This document shows, piece by piece, positions 24,640 through 37,954 of a stretch of DNA of 64,000 bases. Origin of the DNA: Camelus ferus (Eukaryota). A program made the translations under genes and the position numbers. Location: positions 110,920,001 through 110,984,000 of the forward strand of contig NC_045696.1 in NCBI RefSeq assembly GCF_009834535.1. Reading direction: 5' to 3'. Position 1 is the first letter of the stretch. Every line of letters starts with the position of its first letter. Below the pieces are notes generated by a model. That model had not been told where the DNA came from. It was given only the letters and a program-made list of their open reading frames with translations, and made no database searches.

Positions 24640-25372
24640 GATCTCAGCTGAAGCCTAGACGGGGTCCACTGTGAGGGTCAGCATCTGACAAACTTACGGA
24701 CTGATCCAAAAGAAGTATATTGTCAGGGGATCTAAGGAAGCTTCCAGACAAAGACTAAGCTTATGGTAAGAAGGAGTCAGGCTTAATGAGCTTGATCATT
24801 TGTATCAGTCAGGGATCAATCAGGAAAAAAAAAAAAAGACCCACTATTAATTCTAAGAGATTAGACCTTAAACAGTCTTGGAAGCTTATTAAGTGCTCTG
24901 GGTAAGGCTGATGCCTTTGTGTCTGGTCCTGGGCAGACAACTGGGAAGGAAAGACAAAATGCAGTGTTAGAGACAAAGAGCAAAATGAAACCTGCACGGA
25001 TGAGCTAGTATCCCCGTCTTGCCCTAATTTCACATAATCCCAATGATCTGAGTAACCTGCAGAAGACACCAATGCCCTTTCCTGTGGGGCTAAACACATA
25101 CCTGGACCAGAACTACAGAGAAGCTGAAGGAGCAGATCTGGTAGACTCTGAATGAACAGAAAACTCAGCTGCTGCCCCTCACGGCCCAGGAGAGCCAGGA
25201 GACCAGTGACATGTATGAGCTGTGTCAGCACTGGGCCCCACACTTACATTCAGAGCTTAATAACACTGCAGTGGGTACACTTCCACTTTCCAAATCTCAA
25301 TTCCAGTCCTAACCTAGAACCATAAAGGAACGAATCTGGGGAAATGTTCCAGCTTAGATAAATTCACACAGT
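24640..25372. mobile_element. Old ERVL-type LTR remnants (LTR41-like)
   Basis: Terminal text 'tctggggaaatgttccagcttagataaattcacaca' resembles an LTR41-type end; interior not confidently assigned. Confidence 0.35.
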
Positions 25373-25809
25373 ATAAAGCCATCACCTCCATTCATAAAGC
25401 CTCAGGAGGCTTCTGAGCACAGTAAGAAGGCTGCTAATTGACTCCAACCTTGCCTAATCAAGGCCTTGAGGAAGAGAGGACTATAAGTGAACAATGGAAG
25501 AGTGGATTCAGTCCTTTTATTACACATTGATGTGCAAGCATCATTGCTAACCAAGCCTCAGGAAGATGGCATTTCTTCACCCCAACATGAATATAGTAGA
25601 ATTGGTACATTTGGTGAAGAAAAAAAAAAAAGAACTTAGAAAGAAATTCTAGAAATGTAGTCAAGAAGGTACTTCTTCTAGAGTCAAAAGTCCACTCCCA
25701 GAGGAAGCGAGAATTCCCTCAGTTCAGTGGACAGAAGTTACCAGAAGGATAGAGACCACCCAGCAGCCACTGTAACTGAAGGATGAGCCCAACTGAAGGG
25801 ACAAATCAA

Positions 25810-26830
25810 AAGAATTAAGGTAATTAATATGGCATAACTTTATGACTGAGACTCTGAAAACTTGAATCAAGTAGATGGTTATCTAAAGAAAATACAAATG
25901 ACCGAAGCTGACTTCGGAAGAAACAGAAAGTCTAAATAGACAAATAATCAAGAACACTACTGGGAATATTATCAAAGAGCTTCCTATCCATAATTTTTCC
26001 ATTAACAAATTCTCTAGTTCCTTAAGTGACATTATTATGAGTACATTTTTAGTATTCCAGAGTTCAGAAAAACCAAAACATAGCGAATGCTCTTGGTGCT
26101 TCACCAAGATCTCCTTTTATGGTCTAGAGAACCCATCCCTAACATGCTGTGAGTATTGGCACCTAATGGCTCACACTTGCACCCTTCTCAGAAGAACTGT
26201 CCCTGGCCTCTGGGAGCCACCTCACCCAGAAATACCTGAGAGTTTCTATCCACTCCCCTGGAGGATCACATAGCAAATGATTAACTGTAGTGAGGGGATG
26301 AAACCCCAGCCCCCTTGCCTAAGGTCGGACGCTCTATGACATCATTTACCTACAGAGCTCCCTGTGGGGTTAGATAGAGGCCAGAGCATAATTTAAACCA
26401 GATCTTGGCGTAACTTCTTCCCCTGCCCTATCCTGCTTCCATTTCTGTCTTACTGGTTCCTCTGGAAGAAATCTCTCAATAAATCAGTTGCACAGAATTC
26501 CTGTTTCAGTCCTTGCTTCTATGGCCTAAAAAAAACTCTCAAGTTTTTTCCTGTAAATTAAGAATTGCTGATTAAGGAAAGAAGGAGAAAACTGCCCTGA
26601 ATAGGATGACAAGAAAAGAAGAGATCAATTTCACTTACAAATATTGATTTGAAAATCCAAATGTAATAATTACAAATGGAGTTTAGTACTCTATCATGAC
26701 CATATGAATTTTATTTCATGAATGCCAAGATAACTTAATGTTTCAATGCTCTGAATACCACTTTTCTCCCTGTTACTAGTTTAAAAGAAGAAAAAACATG
26801 ATGATCCCATGATAGCATATGTACTGAAGA
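25810..26830 (+). mobile_element. Degraded L1M ORF2 fragment, interrupted by LTR16
   Basis: 'gaaaacttgaatcaagtagatgg...aaatacaaatgaccgaagctgacttcggaagaaacagaaagtctaaatagac' resembles L1 ORF2; resumes at about 26560. Confidence 0.6.
26143..26530 (+). mobile_element. LTR16-family ERVL LTR
   Basis: 'cagagctccctgtgggg', 'tcttcccctgccctatcctgcttcc', 'ctcaataaatcagttgcacagaattcctgtttcag'. Confidence 0.8.
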
Positions 26831-27679
26831 AAAAAGACTTCATTTCTTTTTCATCTTTTACATCTGCTGCAGGTCTATTATGAGTTGAGTAACTTCCTCA
26901 TGAGAACTCTTACCAATCAAATGATGACATGCAACCTAGTGCCACTTTGAAATGTAAATGGGTGGAGTTTAAAGAAAAGAAAGCATTTTTAAAAGGGACA
27001 CCAGGGAAGAAAAAATTATCGCCTACATTCTGGGTCTTCCAGCCTTGACGACTGCCACTTTGACAAGTTCTGATATTGTGCTTTGGTGCCAAACATCCTG
27101 GATTCTGAGGACACTGTAGTAAATTAATAAAATGGGCTGGGGGCCACTTGGACAGAACAATCGTTACATATGTAGATAGAGATAAGAGTAGGGAAGTTAC
27201 ATGATTTATCAAGGCTCTAAGATCTGAAAGCAGTGACTTAAAAGGCTTCGGGAGTCTGTGGCACCTGCAGCCACCGCAGAGGAGCATTTAAAGGAGCCGC
27301 TGCTCTGAGTGACTGCCATCACAGTGCAGACCTTTTAGGACTACTTTGATATTTGATAGAAACATCTTTATAGAAATAGAAATTTTGGGTGATTTCTTTT
27401 TTTCTTTTTATACAAGTAAAACAAATTCATTTTAGAAAACATAGAAAAGCAAAAAAAGGTGAAGATCACTATCTCATGCAATTCCAGAATCCCAGAACAT
27501 ATATATGACTGCTACCGTTTTGCTGTATTTCCTTCTAGGTTCTCTAGCTTGCTGTTCATCCATCTACCTATATATTTACTGAGTTGTGGTCCACTCAGGT
27601 GTCTGATGAATGACCTAATATTATGTATTTATTTATTATGTATATGAATGTAACATACATATAGTATACCAATATATGT

Positions 27680-27782
27680 ATTGTTGGATTGGGTTTGCTA
27701 ATATTTTGTTGAGGACTTTTGCATCTATGTTCATTAGTGATATTGGCCTGTAATTTTGTGTGTGTGTGATATCTTTATCTTA
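27680..27782 (-). mobile_element. L1 ORF2 fragment ([11 protein letters not shown] region)
   Basis: Reverse complement matches about 52640-52715 of the in-window L1. Confidence 0.85.
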
Positions 27783-27799
27783 TATTATTTATAATGTTA

Positions 27800-28190
27800 T
27801 TCATACTTAAAAAAGAAGGAGATCCTACCAGTTGCAACAACATGGATAAACCTAGAGGACATTATGTTAGCTGAAATAAGCCAGGCATAGAAATATGCAT
27901 TGCATGATCTCACTTACATGTAGAATCTAAAAAAGTTGAATTTATAAAAGCAGAGAATAGAATGGTGGCTAAAGGGTAGAGGAAGTGGGGAGATGTTTTT
28001 GAAGGGGCACAAAGTTTCAGTTGTGCAGAATGAGTGACCTCTGTAGATCTAATGTACAGCATGGTGACTATAGTTAATGATACCGTTTTGTATTCTTGAA
28101 GGTTGCTAAGAGAGTTCACCCTAAGTGTTGTCATCATACATACACACATATACACACACAATCGTACTGTGAGAGGGGATGGCTGCATTG
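27800..28190 (+). mobile_element. L1M (L1MA/MB-like) 3' end
   Basis: 'gcaacaacatggataaacctagaggacattatgttagctgaaataagccagg', 'gatctaatgtacagcatggtgactatagttaat'. Confidence 0.85.
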
Positions 28191-28199
28191 TCAGGAGGG

Positions 28200-28428
28200 A
28201 CATCTCAGATGTGATGGACCCTCTTGTCTAGGGCCTTCCCCTGCCCAGGGATGGGAGTGGTCAGGACAAAGACTGACTTGACCTGAGCCCCTTGCCCAAA
28301 TCCATTTGTTTCCCTTATTTTGCTCTCTCACTCTCTTGCAGATTTTTTCCTTAAAAATGCTCCCTCATTTAAACATTTGCAGCCAAACACCCACCTCAGA
28401 CTCTACTTAGGGAAACTGACCTGAGACA
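28200..28428 (+). mobile_element. LTR16-like 3' fragment
   Basis: 'cccacctcagactctacttagggaaactgacctgagaca'. Confidence 0.55.
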
Positions 28429-28764
28429 GGCATGCACTCCTGAAAATGAGTGATAACTTACAGGAATGATCTGTCTGGCTCGGCACTCCTCTGCCTAGAA
28501 AGAATTTGATTAAATTTTATTCAACTCTTAATCATTAAGGATTATTCATTTCAAATCCTAGTTGTTTCCCTGTAATTGTTATTATAATGCTGAGCACATT
28601 ATCTCAGGATTCTGAAGAAAGATTAATAGTACTAGGGTACTTATTGTTATTTAGATAGAATATCAAACAATTTCTCAGTCCATCAAATATTTCATTGATA
28701 CTACAGGGAGAACTGAACTGACTTCTTAGTTAGTTTCTTTTCTGTTGCTGTGTTTTTGTTAATA

Positions 28765-29065
28765 TCAAAGTATAGTTGTTAATATTGACGTATAGTTGAC
28801 TACGACATTACATGAGTTTCGGGTGTACAGTATACTGATTTGATGTTTATGTACTACATTGTGAATTGGTCACCGTGATAACAATCTATCAGTTACCACT
28901 TGTTGCCATATGAAGTTATTACAATGCTATTGACTGGATTCCTTCTGTTGTACATTATATCCCTGTGACTTATTTATTTTGTAACTAGAAATTTGTACCT
29001 CTGAATCCCCTTTACCTATTTTCCCTGACCTCCCTCCTCCCAACCAATAGTTACCTTTTGTGTAT
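28765..29065 (-). mobile_element. L1 3'UTR fragment
   Basis: 'ttgacgtatagttgacttacgacattac...gttattacaatgctattgact...gacttatttattttgtaactagaaatttgtacct'. Confidence 0.8.
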
Positions 29066-29589
29066 ACATAATATTGAAGGTCACTCAGTGTGGTGTGTAT
29101 GGTTACACCAAATGCCCCGGGAGTATTAGAGATCCAATTGTTCTTCTGGTCCCATACAGAGAGTCCATGATGTGTTCCTTCAGAAGGTTCTGGCTTCTGA
29201 AAACCAAACTCCGTGTGATTCTCCTCAAAGTCTGTGTCTTTGCAGTCTTGGGCTTACCTAGGGAGCTGGTGATTTAAGAACATCCCTCAGGGAAATAATC
29301 TGAAGTGTGGTAGAATTTGGACAATCGATCCAAGTTACGTTGCTCCAGGTCTAAATGCAAACTATCCAAGAGTCAAAATTAGAACTTGGAGGTGAGGGAG
29401 AGATTGAAGTCAGAGACAACATTAAGATACCAAGATTTGTGATTTTTTTTTTTCTTCCTTTCTGGAAGACTAGCTGGATAATTTAAAGTTTGCTTATTTT
29501 TAAATCTTAAAGAATAGTGTGATTTCAGGAAAGGTTAGAAATATTTACTAGGCCAGTGAACTCACTGTCTAAAAGACCAGCTAAAGTAA

Positions 29590-29870
29590 GTAGGACAATT
29601 TATTCTATCTCATTGCATTATTGGGGAACGCAGCCCCAAACAATAAACAGAAAAGCAAGGTACTGGTAATCACAAGGTTGAGGTTGGAGGTACCATTTTG
29701 AGGGTTGAAATATGATGGGGAACTGGGATATAGAAGGAACACAAGCATATAGATAAGTACAAATTATAGCTGGGATTCTAGTTTTTATGTCATTGGATAG
29801 CGGGTTTGTAGGTGTTATATTATTTAGAAAATAATTATAATATCCAAAATAAAAATAATGATAGTACCTA
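29590..29870 (+). mobile_element. Old L1M 3' fragment
   Basis: 'gttctagtttt' -like junction 'ggattctagtttttatgtcattggatagcgggtttgtaggtgtt' and 'ataaacagaaaagcaagg' resemble L1MC/ME 3' ends. Confidence 0.4.
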
Positions 29871-30219
29871 AAAGAAGGCCCGAGGATCAATGATGGTTAC
29901 ATTTCAGGAACCATGGATTATGTTTAAACTAATTCTTCTCAAATCAAAGAGAGGAAAAGAAAGAGAGAGAGAATGAAGCCATTGTGTGTCAAATGTGTTA
30001 AAGTTTATTTATATTTATTAATTTATTTGGTGCTATTTTACTTAGACAAGACAAACAAGGGGGTTAGTAAAGCTGTGAAGAGAAGGATAAGATAAAATAA
30101 AAATCATGGGTAAAAATATTTATTTCAAACTATTCGTTGATTTAACTTGCAGAGTCCTTTTTATTTCTGCATGTAATCACTTTAAGAACTAATGACTCAC
30201 CTAAGGTGACGACATGACT

Positions 30220-30378
30220 TTTGTGACCTTGAACACATTCCTTAAGCTCTCTGTGGCTTCATATGAAAACACAGGCTATAACCCTTGTCTTGCAGAGAGG
30301 TGGTAAGAAACTAAGGTGATACACCCACAGTGCCTGGAGCACAGTATGAGCTGAGCAAATAGTAGGAGTCATTATTTT
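30220..30378 (+). mobile_element. MIR SINE
   Basis: 'tgtgaccttgaacacattccttaagctctctgtg' and 'cacagtgcctggagcacag'. Confidence 0.7.
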
Positions 30379-30619
30379 TGGTTCATTATTGGAACAGAAT
30401 GTTCAGCCTAACTTTCTTGATGCCCTGGGATTAGATGTAAAGACTGAAGAAAAAGAAATGTGAAATAATTTGGGGAGTGGTGCTAGCCCCCCCAAATCCA
30501 AATGAAGCTGAAAAGAATTGGTGGCCTGACACTTCCTCTAGGGCTTATGAAGTGTGGGCAGCCAGACCGGTTCTGCTAACTTTCCACATTCCCCAGTCAC
30601 ATCCCTTCCCTGGTCAAGG

Positions 30620-30725
30620 ACATTCGATCAACGACAGGTTCAACAAGTACCTACTGAGCACATATTCTATGACAGGTACTGTACTAGGTACCTGGGATCC
30701 AGCAGTGAATAAACCAGACACAAAT
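30620..30725 (-). mobile_element. L2 3' tail
   Basis: 'ttcaacaagtacctactgagcacatattctatgacaggtactgtactagg...cagcagtgaataaaccagaca'. Confidence 0.8.
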
Positions 30726-32367
30726 ATAAAATCAAAGGCTGGGGTAGGGACAAAGCAACCTTCAGATTTTAAGGAGATATTTAGTCTAGTGAGATGTCTT
30801 GAGGTTTTCTCCGTGGAACAGGCGAGAAAATCCCTTTCTCCCAAACAGAGAGGGAAGTATCAAGAGGATATTAGATAAAGGGGAAAATGGATTAGATGTC
30901 TGATTAAGCAGATGACAGTGAATTGTCCTAGATCTCAGCTTATTATAACTGACAGTGATCATAAAATTATGACATCTTCCTAGAGTGTTGTTACAGGCTA
31001 GGGAAATGACTGGAAGAAGAAATACAATACAAAATACAGGCCCTCATGGTTCAGCAAGCCAATTATCATTATCATCGGTAGTGCCATTATTACTGTTATT
31101 ATTATCAGCATCATTATCAAGACCATTAAATTTAAGGCAGAGCATCTTTTGCCAAAGAGATGATAACGCGACGTTTAGGAAGGCTGAAATAGAACTACTG
31201 CATGGGAACATTCGTTTTGCAAATATGCACGAAAGTGGCTCCCCCAGCTGAGGTCACCCTCCAGCTCCCGGGCAGAGTCCTCAGTTCACTGCGGCAATGC
31301 TCAGGGGCAATCAGGGCTCATATTTCAGGCCCTTTTAAGAACACATCTGCAAGGAATTAGCCGGGGGATTAGTGCCTTCCGCGGCGCTGACACGTCTTCT
31401 CTTCTCTGGCAAGAACAGGGATGATTCAACAAATATAAATTCTATTCTTCCATGAAAAAAGGATTAGGGATCAGGACAAAATATCTTTTTTCTCAAAACA
31501 AAGTGTGCTTGGGTCTTGTCCCTGTTTACCCATGGATTCTCAGGCTATTGGGAACTGAAACCGCCGAAATACAATGGTCAGAATCAAGTAAGCATTCGGA
31601 GGCTGCCTCCTTGGTGGTCTGGCCGTGTCCGCGTGGACTCCCTTTCGGGGTCCTAAAGACTCAGGATGGGGGTGAGAGATGAGCACTTCAGTGTGGGGAC
31701 CGTGGAGTCCTGTAAAATTATAGAGATGGCCTTCTTGCTGAGAGATACTGGATTCAGATAACATACCAGGCTGTTGTGGCTTCTTCTCTGAGCCCCATAG
31801 GCAGGGAATAAAATCTTACCTTGGTCTAAGCTGTGACAAGTTTGTCTGGATATTTTTGACTGGATTCTGGAATTGTGCACAATATTACAAGTAATTTTGA
31901 TGGCTTCCCAAAATAAAAAAAGGAAAGAAGTGAGAGAATCTCAAAGTGAATTTCTCCACGTGCTTGTGTGTGAGGATGGTGAGCTCTTTGTAGCCCAAAT
32001 CATTTCTCTTCTTCGCTTGTCTTCCTTTCCCTGCAACTAAACTTGTCTCCAGCATGTAACGCAGTTGGATTCTTCTTCTATTTCTATTCTTGCTCATTCC
32101 TAAAATTTCAACTGGGATGTATTTATTAAGTGGTGGAATTGTTGTACACAGATATACACACAAGTCCACAGGCCACACTTAAATATATGCATACTCTTAC
32201 CCCAGCCAGTGTTGAAGCATGAAAGAATTTTCTGGAATCTCACTGTCTGAGTCCAACCCCACAGAGGACTGACACCATCGATTTTGTTGGAAAACTACAT
32301 ACTGAGTGAAGACCAGCTGTGTGAACGATTAAAAGTACATGAGACGTCTTTTGGTATAGCTTCTATT

Positions 32368-32500
32368 CCAGAATTTCCCAAGCATTTTGGTCTCTGGACC
32401 CTTTTTTACTTCTCAAAATTATTGAGGACCCTTAAGAGCCTTTTTTTATGTAAGATGTAGCAATGTAGAATTAAAACTGAAAAAACAATTTTAAAGGTTT
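32368..32500. mobile_element. hAT-Charlie DNA transposon end
   Basis: 'ttttggtctctggacccttttttacttctcaaaattattgaggaccc'. Confidence 0.6.
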
Positions 32501-32619
32501 ATTATCACTGAGGAGATAGGAGACGCCATCTCTGCACATGAGACACTTAAAGAAATGTGCCGGTGGTCATTCTACTAGCATTTTAAAAATGAATGTTAAT
32601 AAGGCTAATACTAATGAAG

Positions 32620-32725
32620 CAATAATGCTAACTAATCTCCACTTAACACTTCCAACATGCCAGGATATGGTCTAAGAACTTTACATGTATTGTCAAATTT
32701 AATCTTCACAACAATTCTGTTAAGT
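32620..32725 (-). mobile_element. MIR SINE fragment, truncated by MLT1
   Basis: 'atgccaggatatggtctaagaactttacatgtatt...tttaatcttcacaacaattct'. Confidence 0.7.
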
Positions 32726-32726
32726 C

Positions 32727-33266
32727 GTGAATTAATTTCCCAGGGCTTCTGTTAGCAAAGTACTAAAAACTGAGTGGCTTAAAACAATAGAAATTTATTT
32801 TCTAATAATTCTGGAGGCTAGAAGTCCAAATTAAGGTGTTGGCAAGGCCATGCTTTCTCTGAAGGCTCTGGGGGAACAATCAGTTCCACACCTTTCTCTT
32901 AGCTTCCCGTGTTGTTGACAGTCCTTGACATTCCTTGGTTTTCAGATGCATCAATCCAGTCTCTGCTTCCATCGTTAAATGGGATTCTCTCTGGTTGTCT
33001 CTCCTTTTCTTATAAGGGCACCAGTCATCCCAAATTTAGGGCCCGTGATCTTGTTTCCAAATAGGGTCACGTCTTCAGGTTCTTTCTCTTTGGCTCTGAC
33101 TCTTCTTATAAGGCCACTTTTAATTACATTGGGCCCACTCAGACAATTGAAAATAATCTCTTCATCTTAAAATCATTAACTTGATCATATTTGCAAAGTC
33201 CCTTCTGCCAAGATCTCTGGAATCAGGACGTGGACGTCTTTGGGGCCATTGTTCTGCCCACCGCAA
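32727..33266 (-). mobile_element. MLT1C/B-like LTR
   Basis: 'gtggcttaaaacaatagaaatttattttct...tctggaggctagaagtccaaattaaggtgttggcaaggcc', ends 'ggggccattgttctgcccaccgca'. Confidence 0.85.
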
Positions 33267-33732
33267 GCACCAGCAAGGAGAGATCTCCTGGGAGGGACAG
33301 TCAGCAATGGTGAGACCTCACGGGGCAGAAGAGGTTCTAGTTAGGTCCTAAAGGTGGGGAGTTCTCGTGATGTGGAGAGGACCCCAGCCAGGCTGTGCAG
33401 CTGGAGGGAAGGCATGGCATTTGCAACGAGCACGCTGAGCAGGACGGAGAGGAGTCTAACTGAAGAAAAGAGGTGAGAGTTAGAAAACGATGGGGACCAA
33501 AGCTGTGGAAAGAGTGGGATGGAGCCTCAAAGATTCAGCTAGGAAACCTGGAGCCTCCTCTTCTACAAGTGCCATGTCAGGATAATTTATGGATGCTCTT
33601 CACTGGAAATCAGGAGTGGATTAACTACCCTTCTAAGATTCTGTAACGGAGCTTCTTCTCTGATTAGCATCTTTCCCACTTTGTCTTTCCTGATGCCTTT
33701 ACTTTATTTTTCTCTTTAATTGAGTTTTAGCT

Positions 33733-34204
33733 GTGTAGCAGACACTGTCAATATCCTTCCCCCACTCCTGGCTTCTCATTCCCTTACCTTCTAACTGCCA
33801 GCATTTATTTTGCTGGCACATTTCTCTGGCCCAAAGCTCCCTTTGCACATCTGCCAGATGACCAAAAATTTGTGGAATTCACCACACTCCCTTCTCAGCA
33901 GCTCTCCCCCAGTGACGAAGGGGGTAAGTATACATATTCTGTTTTCCTTGTACCCCTCAGCTGAGATAACTCTGAAGCATGTGATCTACACTGGCTCCCA
34001 GAGCTCCTCAGCTGTTTAGGGTTCAGTTGCCCTCAGGGATGACTTGATTGATTTTGAACCCTTTCCTGGCTCCTTTCCTTACCTGTCTCACTTTCCCACT
34101 CCCCAAAAGTATTTGCTGGGATTACCTTCCAGATAAATGACTTGCACTTAAATCCGTGTCTTGGGGGAGTAAATTATGTGGCTGTGGGAACCCAGACTTA
34201 AACA
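33733..34204 (+). mobile_element. LTR16-family ERVL LTR, near full length
   Basis: Starts 'tgtagcagacactgtc', ends 'ataaatgacttgcacttaaatccgtgtc...gggaacccagacttaaaca'. Confidence 0.8.
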
Positions 34205-35059
34205 GGCTTTCGTCAAGCCCTGATTTAACCTATCTGAAAGTTAAAAGAAATCAAAGGAAAAAGTCTTTACTAGAAAAAAGTAAGAGAAGAGATAGGTGCA
34301 AAGAGGAAGGAGTAAAAATTCTGATAAAACATGGTTCTAGTTAGTAATGTCCCAGGGAATAAATCACATGCCCATTGTTAGGGTCAGAGTGTGACATGGG
34401 TACTGTGGTCTGTAGAACCTCTGGGAAGAGAGCCAGTCAAGGGCACTGGGCCTCTGTAGGAGACATGTTTGCGGTCCCTAACCAGACCAATGACCTCACG
34501 GTGTGAGTACTAGCAAGACAGCCATCTGGGCTCTGACTTCTCATGATTCAGATGGTCCATCACTATTATGGAAGTACATGGTACTAGAAAGGCCAATTTT
34601 CCATGAAACCAATAACCTGAAGAACTCCTGAAGGAAGACCCAATGTGAGTGCCCCCACCTAAGGTACTGGCAAAGCATTAATTATTTTTTCCTCCCAGGA
34701 ATTCTGGATGGTATTGCCTGGAAAATGCACAATTGTCAGTTTCCTCAGTCCTGTGGATGAGTCCCCTGGACTGAGGCTTATCTGGTCATATCCGTTCTTT
34801 TACTGGTTGAAGATCAAGCGATGTCATGCTGCTTGAACAGAAACTCAGAACTGCCTTTGGAATTTGTGAGGTCGATTTGAAACAAATATTCAAGTTCTGG
34901 AATAAGAATGTCAACTTCTTCAACATGCTTTGATTATAGGGCCTATGTCTGTTACCCTTTGCTTTTAGGAAGACAAGTTGAATGTGTAAAAGAATTGGAG
35001 GCAAGTTGGAAACTTTTGGCAAACTCTTATGGCTTACCCTGCAAGAGGTGGAGGTTTCC

Positions 35060-35262
35060 CAAGAGGAGAGGTTTGGAAAGGTTGGGAAGACAGGTTGGAT
35101 GGGTGCTGGGAAGCAGGAATGAACACTACTCATAGGTAAGCTGAGGCCCTTGAAGAGGGCTTTGCTTGCTGCTGTGAGGGATGTAGACTTTATCATGGAG
35201 TTAACAGGGATCCACTGAGCATTTTTGATCCTGGAAGTGATGCAGTCAATATGGTGAATGGA
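35060..35262 (-). mobile_element. L2 fragment
   Basis: 'gggatgtagactttatc...gggatccactgagcatttttgatcctggaagtgatg'. Confidence 0.5.
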
Positions 35263-35337
35263 GGTCCTCCAAAGGTATTCCTTCTCTGCCATGACTTCCT
35301 TGTCATTCAGAGACATCATACAGGATAGATTAGGTTT

Positions 35338-35416
35338 CATTAGGTTGAAATTAGGTCGGATCTTTCTTTAGGTCAAAGTAGCCAAATATTGGCAATTTTG
35401 TGAGGTTTCACTTGAC
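35338..35416. mobile_element. Mariner-type MITE (MADE2-like), degenerate
   Basis: 'attaggttgaa...taggtcaaagtagccaaatattggcaattttgtgaggtttcacttga' resembles the ~80-bp palindromic MADE2. Confidence 0.45.
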
Positions 35417-35862
35417 GTATTCCAAGTGAAATAACTAGACCTGACTTGAAACTTCGGGTTTTGGAGTGGAATCTATAATATGTTCTTCACTCTGTCTGCT
35501 GGCAGCTGCTGCATCCTGCCACTGGAAGATGAGCAGCACCCAAGAGAGGATGCCCCCTGGGACTGTGAACACCCTTCCTTCCTGGACCCCTGCCAGGTGG
35601 AGTCAGCTTGCCGGCCAGCATCAGAGCATCCCCGCTGATCTCACCCTCCTTCCAAAGCCAGCTTTGCAGCGGGAGGAAGTGTCAGCATGTGGTGTTGTCT
35701 CCTTCGACTTCCCAGGAATAGGAAGAGCAGCTGGCATCTTCAAAGGACTGTTATTATCCTACAGAGGGTCCCCGAGGTGTGACCAGAGATCACAGGCCCA
35801 GATGGCCCACAGTGACCCTGTGAGAAGGGGAAGGGACAGATTGTCAACCTTTTTATTGGAGT

Positions 35863-35945
35863 AGAGAGGAAGACAGGGGGAAGGAGGAAAAGAGGGAGAA
35901 AGAGAAAGAATGAGAGAGGGACAGGAAGGGAAGAGATTGAGAAAC
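35863..35945. repeat. Polypurine (GA-rich) low-complexity tract
   Basis: 'agagaggaagacagggggaaggaggaaaagagggagaaagagaaagaatgagagaggg'. Confidence 0.8.
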
Positions 35946-37510
35946 AATTGGAATCAGAAGCTTGGAAACAGAAAAAACTCGTTTACTAAACATGTGCCTC
36001 CATGCAAATCTTTCATGAAGAAAGTAGGACAGTTGAATTTTTCAGATCGTGAACAAGAAAGATAATCTGTTCAAAGATTTGTTTATTTATTTCCTGTGGA
36101 TTTATGTATATAAAAAATTCTAAAATTGTGTAAAACTTACCTATTTTGAAAAAGAATGCAATTATATTTAATCAGTGGTTGAACAGTGTGATTCAGAAAG
36201 GCCATTGTCCTTCTGGGTTAGTCTTGGCTGTCTCTCCAGCCAGCTGTGTAGCTGTGTGCCCATGTTTTTTCTCTTTCTGGCCTCAATTATTTTCTTTCTG
36301 GCCAGTCATATAGGTTGGTTGTTGAAGGCAGTGGGGTTTGGGAAGAAGCTGGGAGGGCAACGCTTTGGCCTCCCAGCCCATCTCCCTTGGACCATGGCAG
36401 CGCTGGAAACCTCGTCGCATTTTTCATTGTCTGTTCCTCCATCTCGTAAGCTGGAGCCCTTTCGACGTGGCCATTCTCTGTTCTGTCTGTAGCTCACCTA
36501 ACAGAGACCTCCAGACTCCTGAATGTTTCCAGGAACCTCTATCAGATTGCTTACTTAAAATTCCATAAGCCATCATCTCTCTCTCTCCTTCAGTGAAAAT
36601 TGGTTATCACTGAAGACAAAAACCAGAAAACAAGCATGTCTGCCAATAAACAACATTTCTTCCTCCCAGAGCATTTTGGTGGGTATGGCCTGATTTGGTA
36701 TTTGAAGGTAATGGCCTGAAAATAAGACTTCAGACACAAATAAATGAGATTGATGGAAATACATTGTCAGTCCACAAAATCCAAGGCATCTGGTGGATTT
36801 CTATTACCCATTTTTCCACTTGGGGAGAAAGATTAGTTTCTGCTGCTTTCTCGGAGTGCGGCAGAGGGAAGCTTGTGGTTTTGGTTGAGAAGGCGCTCTT
36901 ATCATCCACCCCTATTTTTAGAATTTTTAGACATCGAACTTATTGACTTGAGCTTATAATTTAGGCCTGTAACCTTTAGAAGAAATGATCCCCTTGGAAT
37001 TTCTCATGCATGATTTCAGCCTAGAGGAAACAAATTTTTTGGAAAGTTTAGCAAAATGTGCCTTCTCATCAGAGTCACAGAACTATTCAAAGAGAAAAAG
37101 GTGATGTTTGATCTATAATATCCTGGCATGGTCCCTAGAATCCCACCCCCCAAAGTCAGAAAGAATTCACAGGATATACACAACAGAAATTCTGAGTCCC
37201 ACATACTTAACACTCATTCATCAGTGTGCATTATTTGACGTCTAGTCTCTGTTTAGAGGGCATATCTGGAGTATGTGTTCCACAGTAGGCTGTGGGACAA
37301 GCTGTAGTAGCTGGAGTAAATGACGGTGGTCTGGTTTATAGAGGGGGGTACACCTATCCCACTGCTGCTCTGAGTTTGCCTCATAAGGGCTGAACGCTGC
37401 ATTCTTCTCCAGAGACTTGCTCTCCACTATGGGTCTTATATTTCCAGGAGATGTCTGAGAGGTTATACCCCCTTCCCCAGGGGTAGCCACAGCCAATAAC
37501 TAAGTGAGTT

Positions 37511-37531
37511 AAAACAAAACAAAACAAAACA
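37511..37531. repeat. (AAAAC)4 microsatellite
   Basis: 'aaaacaaaacaaaacaaaaca'. Confidence 0.85.
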
Positions 37532-37954
37532 TTGCCTCCAGGTGAGACATCTTGGTGGTGCTGTCCACCCTGCAGAGCTCCACGCTGGAGATCTGAGATC
37601 ACGCTCTTGCTCAGCTCCCTCACCGGTCCAGTCCTGCTTTCTCACTCCCCGATGGTTGGTTTTTTCATGGGGGCACTAAATCACTTGCACAAGAATCCTA
37701 AAGTTAGGTTCTGCTCCTCGGTAATCTCATGGGAGACAGCAGTATTTATTCAGTTAATTAATTTTGGCTTTGCTCTTATTACAAAAATAGTGCACGTTCC
37801 CTGTTGAAACTCTTTAGGGTGAAAGGACAAAGTAGAATAAAAGAACAAAATAAATAGCTCTGGACCGCAGGGGCGATCACTGTTGACTTTGGCAAATATC
37901 CATTCATTCGAAGTATTTATGTAGTAACTATTACACTGATGGTCCACAATGGAC

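Noticed and set aside
34380..34800. Possible ERVL/MaLR internal sequence remnant
   Set aside because: Only a vague resemblance, with no translatable gag or pol motif I can support
34786..35340. Longest ORF in the window (184 aa)
   Set aside because: Partly overlaps an L2 fragment, no recognisable homology, and a length expected by chance in 64 kb
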